Shown piece by piece: positions 27,124-36,826 of a stretch of 64,000 bases of DNA. The position numbers and the translations under genes were made by a program. Position 1 is the first letter of the stretch; each line of letters starts with the position of its first letter. The stretch spans positions 202,599 through 266,598 of the forward strand of contig JACQAZ010000038.1 of the NCBI GenBank assembly GCA_016194705.1. Reading direction: 5' to 3'. This stretch comes from Elusimicrobiota bacterium (lineage in GTDB: Bacteria; Elusimicrobiota; Elusimicrobia; UBA1565; UBA9628). The notes under the pieces are model-generated. The model did not search any database. It was not told where the DNA came from and was given only the letters and a program-made list of their open reading frames with translations.

Positions 27124-28859
27124 TCCACCATCTTCTTCAAGAGAATGCGCGCCTTGCCGTTGTCCGGATCGAGGGTCAGCGCCGCGTGCAGATGCCGGGC
27201 CGACTCCTTGAGCCGGCCGCGCTCGTAGTAAAGCTTGCCGAGATTGAGGTGCGCGTCGAGCTGGTCGGATTTCACGGCGAGAGATTTTTCCCAGAAGGAG
27301 ATCGCCTTGTCGAAGTCGCCCAGCGAGTAGTAGATGTTGCCCAGGTTGTTCAGGGGTCCCGGATGCTCGGGCGCTAGTCCGGCGGCCAATTTGAAACGCG
27401 AGATCGCGGGCTCCCAAGCTTTTTCCCGCGCGTAGAGATAGGCCAGCTGCTCGGCCAGGTCCGCGTTGGCCGGCTCTTTGCTCAGCCGGTCCTCGAGATC
27501 GGCCAGCGCCTTGCGCACCTCGGGCGTCGCCTCGATGTGGAAGCCGGGCTGGCTCGCGAGCTCCCGCTCGGCCAGCAGCGGTGCCGCGGCGAGCCTCGCC
27601 CAGAAGGACAGGAGAATGACTCCCAAGGCCAATGGGACCATCCGCTTCGGATAATCGGGCCAGGGCCGAGGTTCGGGATTCGAAAGTCCCAGAGCCATCC
27701 CCATCGCGGCGAAGGCGGCGAAAGACGAGACGCCGAAGCGCAGGTCCGGCGAGAAGAACGCGCCCGCAAACAGCGCCAGGGCCGCCAAAGCCGGGCCTTC
27801 CGCCTGTCCCGTCGCCTGCGCGCCTAGAAACCAAGAGGCGAAGGAGGCCGGGATCGCGACGAAGAGAGCCAGCCCCACGGCTCCGGTTTCCGTCAGGACC
27901 TGAAGGTACTCGTTGTGCGCGAAGTTGACGATGGTCTGCTGCTGGGGCCAGAGCGCCTTGAGCTGCGCCGAGGCGTAGGCGGGAAACTCCATGTGGAAGC
28001 GTCCCAGGCCGCAGCCGAGCAAAGGATGGGCCAGCCACAGTTTGAGCGCCGCGCTCCAGATCAGCCCGTGCGTCCATTGGCGGTCGCGCGAATGCCAGAG
28101 GATGCCGAGGCCGAACACGGCGACGCCGAGCAGCATCATCGTCCGGCGAGTTCCGCTCTGGCGCTTGAGGGCCCAAAGGAAGCCTCCGGCGATGAGGCCC
28201 GCGAAGGCCGCGCGCGATTGAGCCAGCCAGAGGGCGTCGAGCTGCAGGGCGGCGCAGAGGAGAAGGCCCATGGCGGAAAGACCGGGCTGCGACTCGATCA
28301 GCAAGACGGCCGTCACGAGCAGCGATGCCGTCAGGTACGCGCCGAAGAAGATCGGATTGCCGAAGGTCGAGAAGGGCCGCTCCATCTGCGGGACCAGCAG
28401 CCGCCCGACGCCGCCGGTGTGCTGCAGGATCGCGTAGAGAGCGGCCACCGCGGCGCAAGCGCTCCAGAGCGCGAGCAGACGCTCTCCCTTGCGCACGCGC
28501 GCGAAGCTTTGGGAGGCCCCGAAGAACGCGGCTGCGCAGAGCAGCATGCGGGCGACCTCCGGCTCCGAGTTGTGGGGCTCGGGCGAGAGCCGCCAGAATA
28601 TGAGGGCAGAAAGGGCGTAAGCCGCCAGCCAAAGGTCGAGCTTGGTGCGCCGCCAAAGGGCCTCGCGGATGGATGCGGCCTCGACGAGCAGGCCCAGCAG
28701 GAGCGCGGCCGCGCCGAGTTCGACGGCCAGCAGCTTGAAGCGAAGGATCTTCTGGTCGGGGACCAAGACCAGCGCGACCAGCAGGGCGGCCCACGCGAGG
28801 GAAAAGACGAGGCCCGCGGGCTTGTCTTGCTCCGCGGGCCTGCGGTCAGTCTTCTTCAA
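27120..28859 (-). CDS. O-antigen ligase (Wzy_C)-like membrane protein with C-terminal TPR repeats
   Basis: About 10 TM helices, with the FAHNEYLQVLTETG segment typical of WaaL/O-antigen polymerase family. Three C-terminal TPR units follow. A probable TTG start at 28859 (MKKTDRRP...) was chosen because the longer ORF 27120..28985 overlaps the upstream gene. Confidence 0.65.
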   Translation of the reverse strand: MKKTDRRPAEQDKPAGLVFSLAWAALLVALVLVPDQKILRFKLLAVELGAAALLLGLLVEAASIREALWRRTKLDLWLAAYALSALIFWRLSPEPHNSEPEVARMLLCAAAFFGASQSFARVRKGERLLALWSACAAVAALYAILQHTGGVGRLLVPQMERPFSTFGNPIFFGAYLTASLLVTAVLLIESQPGLSAMGLLLCAALQLDALWLAQSRAAFAGLIAGGFLWALKRQSGTRRTMMLLGVAVFGLGILWHSRDRQWTHGLIWSAALKLWLAHPLLGCGLGRFHMEFPAYASAQLKALWPQQQTIVNFAHNEYLQVLTETGAVGLALFVAIPASFASWFLGAQATGQAEGPALAALALFAGAFFSPDLRFGVSSFAAFAAMGMALGLSNPEPRPWPDYPKRMVPLALGVILLSFWARLAAAPLLAERELASQPGFHIEATPEVRKALADLEDRLSKEPANADLAEQLAYLYAREKAWEPAISRFKLAAGLAPEHPGPLNNLGNIYYSLGDFDKAISFWEKSLAVKSDQLDAHLNLGKLYYERGRLKESARHLHAALTLDPDNGKARILLKKMVE

Positions 28860-28869
28860 AGTCCGGCGA

Positions 28870-29967
28870 TCACTTGGCGTGAGCCTTATGCTGCGCCTCG
28901 GTCTCCAATCCATAGGGCTTCCCGGGGTTCCTCTGGTCGGGGTAGGAGCACCAGACGAGGGATTCGTGAGCGTAGAGCCGGACATCGGGGTCCCCGTTGA
29001 CGAGTTTGGCTCCGGTGTCGTCGCCGTTGGTCGCGATCGAGACGACCGCGGCCGGAATTTTCACGTCCACGATCTCCCTATTGACGCTCAGGGCGATCGT
29101 CACGTTCGGGTTGGTGCTGGAGGTCCCTTTGCCCTTGAACCTCACGACCTCGTCCTTGACGAAGGCCGCTATCTTTTTGCGATCGGCCTCGTTGTTGAAG
29201 GTGCTCTTCGCCGCCCCGCCTATCTTAAAGGCTTTATCAACAAGCTTGGCGGCAGCCTCGCCGTCGATGGCGCGCAGATGAATCTCCATCTGCGTGGCGT
29301 CCCTGGACCTCGGGTCGATATAGAAGCGCACCCAGGCGGCCTTGTCCGCATATGCGGTGTTCCCTCCCGAGACCGCCAGACCCTTCAAGGCGGCGTGGTC
29401 TCGATCGGCGTTGGCGATGTAATAGACGAAGCGGCCGATGACGTCGTGAGCCCCGCTCTTCGTGAGGAATCTGGACCCGTCCAGCCGGCCTTCGACGACA
29501 TCGTCGGCTGGGATGAACTTGTCCGCGGCGATGGTCTCGACGACGAGATGGTCGCCATCGCTCCGTACGGCGCTTTTTCCCGCCGGGATGCCCTGCACGA
29601 AGATGGTCTGGTCTCCGTTGAGGCACAGATGGAAGGCGTTCGACGCGTCGCGGCGGTTGAGGAACACCTTCCAGCCGCCGACCGCAACCTTCTTGTAGTT
29701 GTCCTTGAAGCTCGCTTCGGTGAAGTCGCACTGGGTGGTCCCGTGGTCGTCATTGCCCTGCTCATTGGGTTCCGCTCCCGTGGGAGAATCTACGACCTTG
29801 CCTGGGACCGCCCCCTTGTCATTGGCGCTGCCTCCGATGATGTCCTTGAGCTGCTTCTTCGTGACCTTGCCCGGATCGGGGGATTCTGTCTGGGCGGTCG
29901 CGGCGCCGGCGGCGAGCAGGGACAGGGCGCCGACAAGAAAGGCGGCAGGCAGGGATGTCGGCTTCAT
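28870..29967 (-). CDS. hypothetical secreted protein
   Basis: Signal peptide MKPTSLPAAFLVGALSLLAAGAATAQ. 365 aa with no recognisable domain. First gene of a five-gene minus-strand operon. Confidence 0.5.
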   Translation of the reverse strand: MKPTSLPAAFLVGALSLLAAGAATAQTESPDPGKVTKKQLKDIIGGSANDKGAVPGKVVDSPTGAEPNEQGNDDHGTTQCDFTEASFKDNYKKVAVGGWKVFLNRRDASNAFHLCLNGDQTIFVQGIPAGKSAVRSDGDHLVVETIAADKFIPADDVVEGRLDGSRFLTKSGAHDVIGRFVYYIANADRDHAALKGLAVSGGNTAYADKAAWVRFYIDPRSRDATQMEIHLRAIDGEAAAKLVDKAFKIGGAAKSTFNNEADRKKIAAFVKDEVVRFKGKGTSSTNPNVTIALSVNREIVDVKIPAAVVSIATNGDDTGAKLVNGDPDVRLYAHESLVWCSYPDQRNPGKPYGLETEAQHKAHAK

Positions 29968-30040
29968 GGGGAGACCTCCTTCACTGGTCCGGGACTCCTC
30001 CAAGTGTAGGCCCGGGGGCTTGATTTGTCAAGAGCGAGCC

Positions 30041-30472
30041 CTAATTGCGTCGGAGGATGCGGTCCTGCCGTGCGAACATCTTGCGGCGCTGGCGCTCCGT
30101 GCGGTCGTCGTACCCAAGAAGATGCAAAGTCCCGTGCACGGCCAAGGTCAGCGCCTCGTCGAGGACCGAGTGCTTGAGCTCGCGCGCCTGGCGCCGGGCC
30201 ATGTGGGCCGAGATGTAAACGTCGCCGAATGGGACATCCTTGGAGCGTCGTCCGTCGTCATACCGGAAGGCGATGACGTCGGTGTCGTAGTCGTGCTTGA
30301 GGAACACGCGGTTGAGCTCGCGCATCCGGCGGCGGTCGAGGAAAACGAGGCTGAGCTCGCCGCGCGCTTTGACGCCTTCGAGCTTGAGCGCGGCCCGCAC
30401 CGCCTTGCGCACGAGAGACGGCTTTCGCGCCGACGCGGGCAGGAGGTTGGCGCCAAAGACGCGGACCGTCAC
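30041..30472 (-). CDS. ybeY: rRNA maturation endoribonuclease YbeY
   Basis: [11 protein letters not shown] zinc motif and TDVIAFRY. The GTG start overlaps the phoH stop (GTGA). The upstream part of ORF 30041..30811 is rejected. Confidence 0.85.
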   Translation of the reverse strand: MTVRVFGANLLPASARKPSLVRKAVRAALKLEGVKARGELSLVFLDRRRMRELNRVFLKHDYDTDVIAFRYDDGRRSKDVPFGDVYISAHMARRQARELKHSVLDEALTLAVHGTLHLLGYDDRTERQRRKMFARQDRILRRN

Positions 30473-31418
30473 TGGGACTTGTCCCAGTCGTCGTAGGCGC
30501 GGATGATGCGCTTGACGAGCGGATGGCGCACGACGTCCTCCTCGGTGAGGCGGTGGAAGACCACGCCCGGCACGTTCTTGAGTATGCCCTCGATGCGCAC
30601 CAGGCCCGAGGTGACTTTCTCGCTCAGGTCGGTCTGCGTCACGTCGCCGGTCACGGCGACCTTGGAGCCGTTGCCCATGCGGGTCAGGAACATCTTCATC
30701 TGCTCGGGGGTCGTGTTCTGGGCCTCGTCGAGCAGGATGAAGGCGTCCTCGAAGGTGCGCCCGCGCATGTAGGCCAAAGGCACGATCTCGATGACTTCCG
30801 TGTCGCGCCACATCCGGAAGCGCTCGGGGCCCAGCAGGGCGTAGAAGGCGTCGTAGAGGGGCTTGAGATAGGGGGAGACTTTCTCGAGCAGGTCCCCGGG
30901 CAAAAAGCCGAGCTTCTCGCCGGCCTCGACGACGGGCCGGCTGATGATGATCCTGTGGACCTTGCGGGACTCAAGCGCCCTCAGGGCGCAGGCGACCGCG
31001 AGGAAGGTCTTGCCCGTGCCGGCGGGTCCGATGCCGAAGACCATGTCGTGCGAGAGAATCGCGTCGACGTAGGTCTGCTGGTTGAGCGTGCGGGCGCGCA
31101 CGATCTTGCCGTAGGCGGTCCGGTATAGACCGTCGTCGGGCAGCGGCGGCGCGTCAAGGTTTATCCCCTCGGGGCGGTCCGGCTCGTCCCGGGTCTGGCG
31201 CAGTTCGGCGAGCCTCTGGCGCACCCTTTTGACGGCCTTCTCGACGCGGGCCGGGCTTCCCTTGATCGAGAGCTGGAGCTCCCCGCTGCGCGGCTCCTGA
31301 TGCAGGAACATCTCGACGCCGAAATCGGCTTCCATCTGGCGCAGCAGGGCGTCCTGCTGGCCCAGCAGACGCACGGCCTGCTCGGAGTTCTCGAGCTTGA
31401 TGCGCTTGGTCGTCATCG
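30469..31418 (-). CDS. phoH: PhoH-like ATPase (YbeZ)
   Basis: [12 protein letters not shown] Walker A, DEAQN, and [17 protein letters not shown]. Internal start MTTKRIKL within ORF 30469..32721, whose upstream part is a high-GC artefact. Confidence 0.9.
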
Positions 31419-33746
31419 CGGCGCCGCCTCGCCCGCGGCAAGCACGGAGCTCGAGAATCTTAGCTTTTCTCCAAGCGACTGCGCGGCCTCGCGCTCGAGA
31501 GGGGACGCCGCTCTTTGAGACATCGCGGCGCGCCAGCGCCAGAGGAACTGCTGCAGCTCCCAGACGTCCGCGTGCAGGCCGGCGCCCTCGAAGACCTCGA
31601 TCCAGCGCGCGGCCCGCGAGAGGCGCTCCGCCGTCGGCCCGTCGATGAGCGCTTCCAATTGGCGCATGAGGCCGGACCGAACCTCCGAGATCCAGGGCAG
31701 CTGGTCGCAGGGGACCTTGAGGCGGACTGACTCGAGGAGCAGCTCCAGGACGTCGTCGCCCTGGCCGCCCTTGCGCAGAAGAGCCAGCGCGCGCGCCCAA
31801 TTCTGACGCAGGGCTTTTCGCTCGCCGCGCTCGAGCGGCGCGGGCAGGAGCTGGCGCATCGCGTTGAGGCGCGACTCGGCGAACAGGGCGTCGAGGCCGA
31901 AATGGGGCCCCGAGAAGCGCTTCGAGAGCTCGCGGTCGAGCTCCTCGCGCTCGAGGCTCTGGAACAGGGGGGCGAGCCCGGCGGCCGCCTTGTCGGCCCC
32001 AGGCCAACGGCCGACCCAGCAGCGCAGATCGACGCGGTCCTCCTGATGGACGGCGGTGAGCGCCGTCGTGGTCAGGCCGGTCATGCGATCTTGGACTTCC
32101 CAGACGCCCCAGGAGAACGAGCGGTCGCGTCCGGCGCGCTCTTGGCGCTCGAGCCGCTCGCCCGAGGAGCGCTCGGCGCAGAAGCCCGAGCCCGCTTCGC
32201 GCGCGGACAGATCGAGATGCGCGAGCAGCGCGAAGTGGGCGGCCGCGCGCGAGAGATCGGCGCGGGAAGAGAGGGCGAGGCGCTCGTAGACTTTCGCCCC
32301 GTCGGGCAGAGCCTTCGAGTTCGACGCGGCCGCGAGCAGCCGCTCCTTGAGGCCGTCCGAGAGGCTCGCGCCGAAGCTTTCGGCGAGCTCGACGGCGCGC
32401 GCGGCGTGCTTGAGGATCAAGACGCTCTCGAGTCCGGCGACGTCGTCGTAGAACCAGCCGCAGCTCGTGAACATCGCCAGCCGGCTTTTCTGCATCTCGA
32501 GCAAGGTCAGGGCCTGGCTGCGCCGCTCGGCGGAGAGCGGCGCCAGAGCGTGCGCCTCCAAGAAGCGGTCCGTCGCCTGAGGACCGGGATCGCCCAGCCG
32601 CTTCGCGTAATCCTCCCGCGCCGCCCGGAAATCCTTGAAGAAGAACCCTCCTTGAGCCGTGTAGAGGGCGTCGACCTCGGCTGCGAGCCAGTCGAGCGCG
32701 GCGCGCAGGGGCGCGCGCCAAGCCTGGCTCGTTGCCTGGCGCAGGCGGCAGCCGCAGTCGGCGCTCCAGCGCCCGAGTCCGTGCTCGCAGCTCCAGGCCG
32801 TGCGCGGGCGGATCTCGACCTCCTGGGGAGGCGGGAACCGGCTCAGGAAATCGGAATAGTTGGTGATGCCCAAGCCCGAGGATTGGGCCAGCCGAAAGGT
32901 CTCGGCCAAGGCGGCGGCGCCCGCGCGACGGTGGTGGCCGTAGAACTCTCCGTCGGTCGCCACAGAGACGAGCTGGGTCGAGTCGTCGGGCATGAAGCGG
33001 CCGTTGACCTTATGGAACAGCGTGTCGTCGGCCTTGAAGGCCTCTCCGCTGTCGACTTCCTCATGCAGGACGCGGTGATAGAAAAAGATCGCGATGTGAC
33101 GGCTCGGGTCCCGGCGCGAGACCCAGCGGTAGGGCAAGGTCGGCAGGAGGTTCTCCTGCGTGACCTCCTTCCAGTCCGCGGAACCGAGGTCGCGCACGCG
33201 CGCGGCCTGGCGCGGCGCCAAGATCGTGAAGCGCACGCCCTCCTCGATGAGGACCTCGAGGGTCTCCTCGTCGACGGCGGTCTCGGGAAGCCAGAGCCCC
33301 TCGGCCTCGCGGCCGAAGCGCCGGCGGAAATCCTCGAGCCCCCAGCGCACCAAGGTCTTCTTGTCGCGCGCGCTCTGCAAGGGCAGGATCGCGTGGTAGT
33401 AGGGCTGGGCCAGGGCGTTGCCGTGGCCGCCGAGCTCGGCGCAGCTTTGCTTGTCGGCCTCGATGATCGCGCGGTAGACCAGGGGATGCTCGCGCTCGAG
33501 CCAGGACAGCAAGGTCGGCCCGAAATTAAAGCTCATGCGCCGGTAGTTGTCGGCCATGTCGACGATGAGTCCGTTCTCGTCGAGCAGCGGGCAGGCGGAA
33601 TTGGGGCCGTAGCATTCCTGGAAGATCTTCTCGTTCCAGTCGCGGTAAGGATGCGCCGATTCCTCGGGCTCGACGGCTCCGAGCCACGGATTCTCGCGGG
33701 GCGGCTGATAAAAGTGACCGTGGACGCAGAGGAACTTGTTCTTCAT
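31413..33746 (-). CDS. glycoside hydrolase family 57 protein with DUF3536 C-terminal region
   Basis: N-terminus [21 protein letters not shown] is the GH57 signature. 777 aa. Confidence 0.8.
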   Translation of the reverse strand: MKNKFLCVHGHFYQPPRENPWLGAVEPEESAHPYRDWNEKIFQECYGPNSACPLLDENGLIVDMADNYRRMSFNFGPTLLSWLEREHPLVYRAIIEADKQSCAELGGHGNALAQPYYHAILPLQSARDKKTLVRWGLEDFRRRFGREAEGLWLPETAVDEETLEVLIEEGVRFTILAPRQAARVRDLGSADWKEVTQENLLPTLPYRWVSRRDPSRHIAIFFYHRVLHEEVDSGEAFKADDTLFHKVNGRFMPDDSTQLVSVATDGEFYGHHRRAGAAALAETFRLAQSSGLGITNYSDFLSRFPPPQEVEIRPRTAWSCEHGLGRWSADCGCRLRQATSQAWRAPLRAALDWLAAEVDALYTAQGGFFFKDFRAAREDYAKRLGDPGPQATDRFLEAHALAPLSAERRSQALTLLEMQKSRLAMFTSCGWFYDDVAGLESVLILKHAARAVELAESFGASLSDGLKERLLAAASNSKALPDGAKVYERLALSSRADLSRAAAHFALLAHLDLSAREAGSGFCAERSSGERLERQERAGRDRSFSWGVWEVQDRMTGLTTTALTAVHQEDRVDLRCWVGRWPGADKAAAGLAPLFQSLEREELDRELSKRFSGPHFGLDALFAESRLNAMRQLLPAPLERGERKALRQNWARALALLRKGGQGDDVLELLLESVRLKVPCDQLPWISEVRSGLMRQLEALIDGPTAERLSRAARWIEVFEGAGLHADVWELQQFLWRWRAAMSQRAASPLEREAAQSLGEKLRFSSSVLAAGEAAPR

Positions 33747-33759
33747 GGCGCCGGTCCCA

Positions 33760-35628
33760 TTATAGCTCTTTGGCCAAGCGCGGCCGGCGCAGCTCGACGA
33801 GGAACCCGCTTTGGTAGAAAAGCGCCGTTCCGGCAGGGATGCTCAACGAGAAAGACTCGACCTCGCGAGCCGCCCTTCCGGAATAGAGAGCGAGCCAGTC
33901 TTGCGGGGTCTCGAGCAGCGGGCTCAGCAGGAAGCCCTCCTTGGCCGCGGCGGGCACGAAATGGAAGTCCTTGCTCCCTTCTTTCGATTTGACCTTCATC
34001 GTGATGAGGGGGGGCTTATAGAGGAAGGCCCGCAAGCGGCCAAGCCAGGTCGGCTCGACCGTGATGAGAGCCCAGAGCGTTCCTTTGGGGACCGCGATCT
34101 CCGAGCCGAAGGCGGCGCCCGCCACGGAGAGCAAGGCGTCGGGCTTCGGGGTGAGCGTCGCGCCGCGCTTGAGCAGGACCGTGGGGCCCTCGGCCAGGAC
34201 CGGCCGGTAGCGCTCGAGCAAAGCGCGCAGCGCCAGGCCGTCCTCCTGCGCCGAGAAATGCCAATCGACCGCGCTGCCGGGCTTGGCCAGCACGAAGTCC
34301 GGAGCGTCCGGTCCCGCGTAGAAGTCCGCGTTCATGCGCTCCAAAAGCGGCGTGTAGGCGCCGTGGCTGTGGAAGCACGGCCGCGGACGGTAATCCCAGC
34401 CGTTCATCAAGACGATGCCGGCCTCGTTGCCGAAGAGATCGACGGAACCGTTCCCGATGGAGGCCGAAGTCCGAGGCAGGGCCGCGGCGGCCTTCTGCTC
34501 GGCGAGCGACGATTCCAAGCGCCTCTCGAGCGAGGGCAATGAGATGACGTCCAGCGCCGAGCGCGCGATGCGCCCAGGCCAAGCGCCGAGCGTCGCCTCG
34601 CCCGACAACAGCTCCCAGCGCATGAGGCCGACGAGGCCGGCGGCTATCGTCACCGCCGCGCAAATGAGGGCCAAGCGGCGCTTAGGGCGCAAGAGCCCGC
34701 CGCCCCAGAGCCAGAGTCCCGTCAGCATGCAGAAGCGGAAATAGGTCGGCGCGTGGTCGGCCCGGACGTAGCCGGTCTTCCAGACGAGGAAAAAGGCCGC
34801 CGCGCAGAAGGCTAGGCGCGGCAGCGAGCGAGGCTCTCTCGGGGAGGCGGCGAGCGCCGACAGCGCGCAGACAAGCGTGGTGAGGCCGAGCCCGAAAGTC
34901 GTCCAGCTCTCGGAGAGGCCCATCGCGCCGTTATAGCCTGAGACCAAGTCCCAGGAATTTCGTAGAAACGCGGGGAAATCCGCTAGGGACTGGCCGGAGG
35001 CCGACCACGCGGCGAGCACGAACACGGGAAACGCGGCCGCGGGCGCTGCGCGGCGCAGGTCCTTGTCGAGCCAGGCCCGGATCGCCGCCAGGCAAACCGC
35101 GGCGCCTGCGAGCATCGCGAAGTTGAGCTTGATCAGGGAGATGGCGGCCAGCGCCGCTGTCGCCGCCAGGTTCAGCGGGACATTCTGCGGCCCATCTTCG
35201 AGCAGCAAAGCGCCCAAAGAGAACGCGATGAAATAGTACATCGTGTCGAAATCGACGAGGCACAGCACGCAGCTCGCGAGCAGCGCCGCGGCTTGGAGGC
35301 GTCTATCCTTGAGCCGGCCGATGGCGAGCAGCACAAAGAGAGCGAGCGCGCCCTTGGCCGCGAGCTCCCAGAGCGCGCGCGCCGCGAGAGGCCCTCCGGC
35401 GTAGTAATCGGCGCGCAGAAGGCCCAGCGGACCGTGATTGAGGACGATGTCGATCCCGAAGCGGCGATGGCGGGCGAGCGAGTCGACGAGCACCGACTGC
35501 CACGAGTCGTCGAGCGAAGCATCCACGGCGCGGTGCGGCAGCGAGATCGCGGAAAGCCAGAGCAGGACGAACGCGATTGCCGCAATCCAGGGCCCGGCTA
35601 GTCGCTTGTGGATCGAGCGGTTTGGCAT
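33760..35628 (-). CDS. hypothetical large polytopic membrane protein
   Basis: 622 aa: an N-terminal TM helix, about 10 central TM helices, and a roughly 250-aa C-terminal soluble domain. No motif recognised. Confidence 0.5.
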   Translation of the reverse strand: MPNRSIHKRLAGPWIAAIAFVLLWLSAISLPHRAVDASLDDSWQSVLVDSLARHRRFGIDIVLNHGPLGLLRADYYAGGPLAARALWELAAKGALALFVLLAIGRLKDRRLQAAALLASCVLCLVDFDTMYYFIAFSLGALLLEDGPQNVPLNLAATAALAAISLIKLNFAMLAGAAVCLAAIRAWLDKDLRRAAPAAAFPVFVLAAWSASGQSLADFPAFLRNSWDLVSGYNGAMGLSESWTTFGLGLTTLVCALSALAASPREPRSLPRLAFCAAAFFLVWKTGYVRADHAPTYFRFCMLTGLWLWGGGLLRPKRRLALICAAVTIAAGLVGLMRWELLSGEATLGAWPGRIARSALDVISLPSLERRLESSLAEQKAAAALPRTSASIGNGSVDLFGNEAGIVLMNGWDYRPRPCFHSHGAYTPLLERMNADFYAGPDAPDFVLAKPGSAVDWHFSAQEDGLALRALLERYRPVLAEGPTVLLKRGATLTPKPDALLSVAGAAFGSEIAVPKGTLWALITVEPTWLGRLRAFLYKPPLITMKVKSKEGSKDFHFVPAAAKEGFLLSPLLETPQDWLALYSGRAAREVESFSLSIPAGTALFYQSGFLVELRRPRLAKEL

Positions 35629-35732
35629 GTCCAGCCTTATTGTAGCGTATTGGGGAAAGGGAACTTTTTATAGGGGTCAATCGTATGCTCATGTAGGGGC
35701 CGGCGGCCCGGCTGTCGTTGATGTATGTCTGT

Positions 35733-35762
35733 ATGTTCTCTGTTCCCGGGGACAGAGAACAT
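35733..35762. promoter_or_regulatory. 30-bp near-perfect palindrome ATGTTCTCTGTTCCC/GGGGACAGAGAACAT
   Basis: Read directly from the sequence, with one mismatch. It lies 24 bp upstream of the RHH gene start, at the left edge of the low-GC island. Confidence 0.5.
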
Positions 35763-35785
35763 AGGTATGGCGCAGAGGGGGGCAC

Positions 35786-36085
35786 ATGGATCAGAAGTAT
35801 ATGCGGGGCAGAATGCGGACGACCATCTATTTGCCGATGGCGCTCCATGACGACTTGAGACGGCTTGCGTACAAGTCGCGTCGCAGCATGGCCGACCTCT
35901 TGCGGATCGCCGCGGAGGCTCATTTCGCTGCGGAGCTTATCGAAGTGCGTAAGGACTCTTTTCGCGACGAGCGGCTCGAGAACATCGGGATCGGCCGACG
36001 ACTGCGGGAGCGGCGCAGGCTGCAAGAGCGACTTCAGGTTTTGGACAAGTCACTGACCGTCCGCCAAGGAAATCGCGACCCTTGA
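35786..36085 (+). CDS. ribbon-helix-helix (CopG/Arc-like) DNA-binding protein
   Basis: TTIYLPMALHDDLRRLAYKSRRSMADLLRIA is a typical RHH beta-strand plus helices. Confidence 0.6.
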   Translation: MDQKYMRGRMRTTIYLPMALHDDLRRLAYKSRRSMADLLRIAAEAHFAAELIEVRKDSFRDERLENIGIGRRLRERRRLQERLQVLDKSLTVRQGNRDP

Positions 36086-36098
36086 CAAAATATCATAT

Positions 36099-36455
36099 AT
36101 GATATATACTGGATCGTGGCGATGGAAGCTGAAATTCTTTCGCCGGGAGCGAGGCGACCAGCCTGTCCTCGAGTTCCTGAAGGCGCTGTTAAAACCGGCT
36201 CGGACGGCGGCGGGCGCTGCATTAGCGGGCCTGGAGGAGAACGGGCCGTCGTTGCGGCGTCCGCGCGCGGACTATCTAAGGGACGGTATTTATGAGCTGC
36301 GATTCAGTTCTGAAAGAATGGCATACCGCATCCTCTACTTCTTTGACGGCTCCGAGATCGTGCTGACGAACGCCTTTGTCAAAAAGACGTGGAAGGTCCC
36401 AACGGAAGAGATCGAGCGCGCCCTCAGGCGGCGCGCTCGCTGGCAAGCGAGGTAA
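36099..36455 (+). CDS. HigB/Gp49-like (RelE/ParE superfamily) type II toxin
   Basis: WKLKFFRRE...VLEFLKAL...LRDGIYELRFSSERMAYRILYFFDGSEIVLTNAFVKKTWKVPTEEIERA matches the Gp49/HigB family pattern. Confidence 0.65.
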   Translation: MIYTGSWRWKLKFFRRERGDQPVLEFLKALLKPARTAAGAALAGLEENGPSLRRPRADYLRDGIYELRFSSERMAYRILYFFDGSEIVLTNAFVKKTWKVPTEEIERALRRRARWQAR

Positions 36456-36460
36456 TCCAT

Positions 36461-36766
36461 ATGGGAAACAAGCACAGGGGGAGCAGCGTCAGGGAATGGC
36501 TCAATGAGGAGCTGAAGGATCCGGAATTCCGTAAGGGGTTCGAGCAGGCTCGCGCCCGGCAGCGGATGGCCCAGCAGATTTACGACGCGCGAAAGCGCGC
36601 TGGCCTGTCCCAGCCTGAGCTGGCGCGGCGGCTCCACACCAGCCAAGCGGCTATTTCGCGCATGGAGTCCGGAGGCCAGAACATGACCATCGATCTCATC
36701 GACAGCATAGCGCGGGCGCTCGGCGGCCGTTTCGAGGGGCACATCGTCCGGGATAGAAAATTGTAA
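36461..36766 (+). CDS. HigA-like XRE-family HTH antitoxin
   Basis: HTH LSQPELARRLHTSQAAISRMESG. Sits immediately downstream of the toxin, which is the HigBA gene order. Confidence 0.7.
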   Translation: MGNKHRGSSVREWLNEELKDPEFRKGFEQARARQRMAQQIYDARKRAGLSQPELARRLHTSQAAISRMESGGQNMTIDLIDSIARALGGRFEGHIVRDRKL

Positions 36767-36826
36767 AAAATGGATGGGCTGACATGCGCAGGATATGCCG
36801 ACCAGCCTACCTGGTGAGCAGAAACC

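Noticed and set aside
27915-30009. Plus-strand ORFs 27915..29000 and 28642..30009, and the upper part of 26674..28794 (-)
   Set aside because: They overlap the O-antigen-ligase-like and secreted-protein genes. Translations are Arg/Gly/Asp low complexity.
31419-32721. N-terminal 430 aa of ORF 30469..32721 (-), and ORF 31902..33992 (+)
   Set aside because: The PhoH-like protein begins at MTTKRIKL at 31418. The upstream extension is Arg/Pro-rich and overlaps the GH57 gene in another frame.
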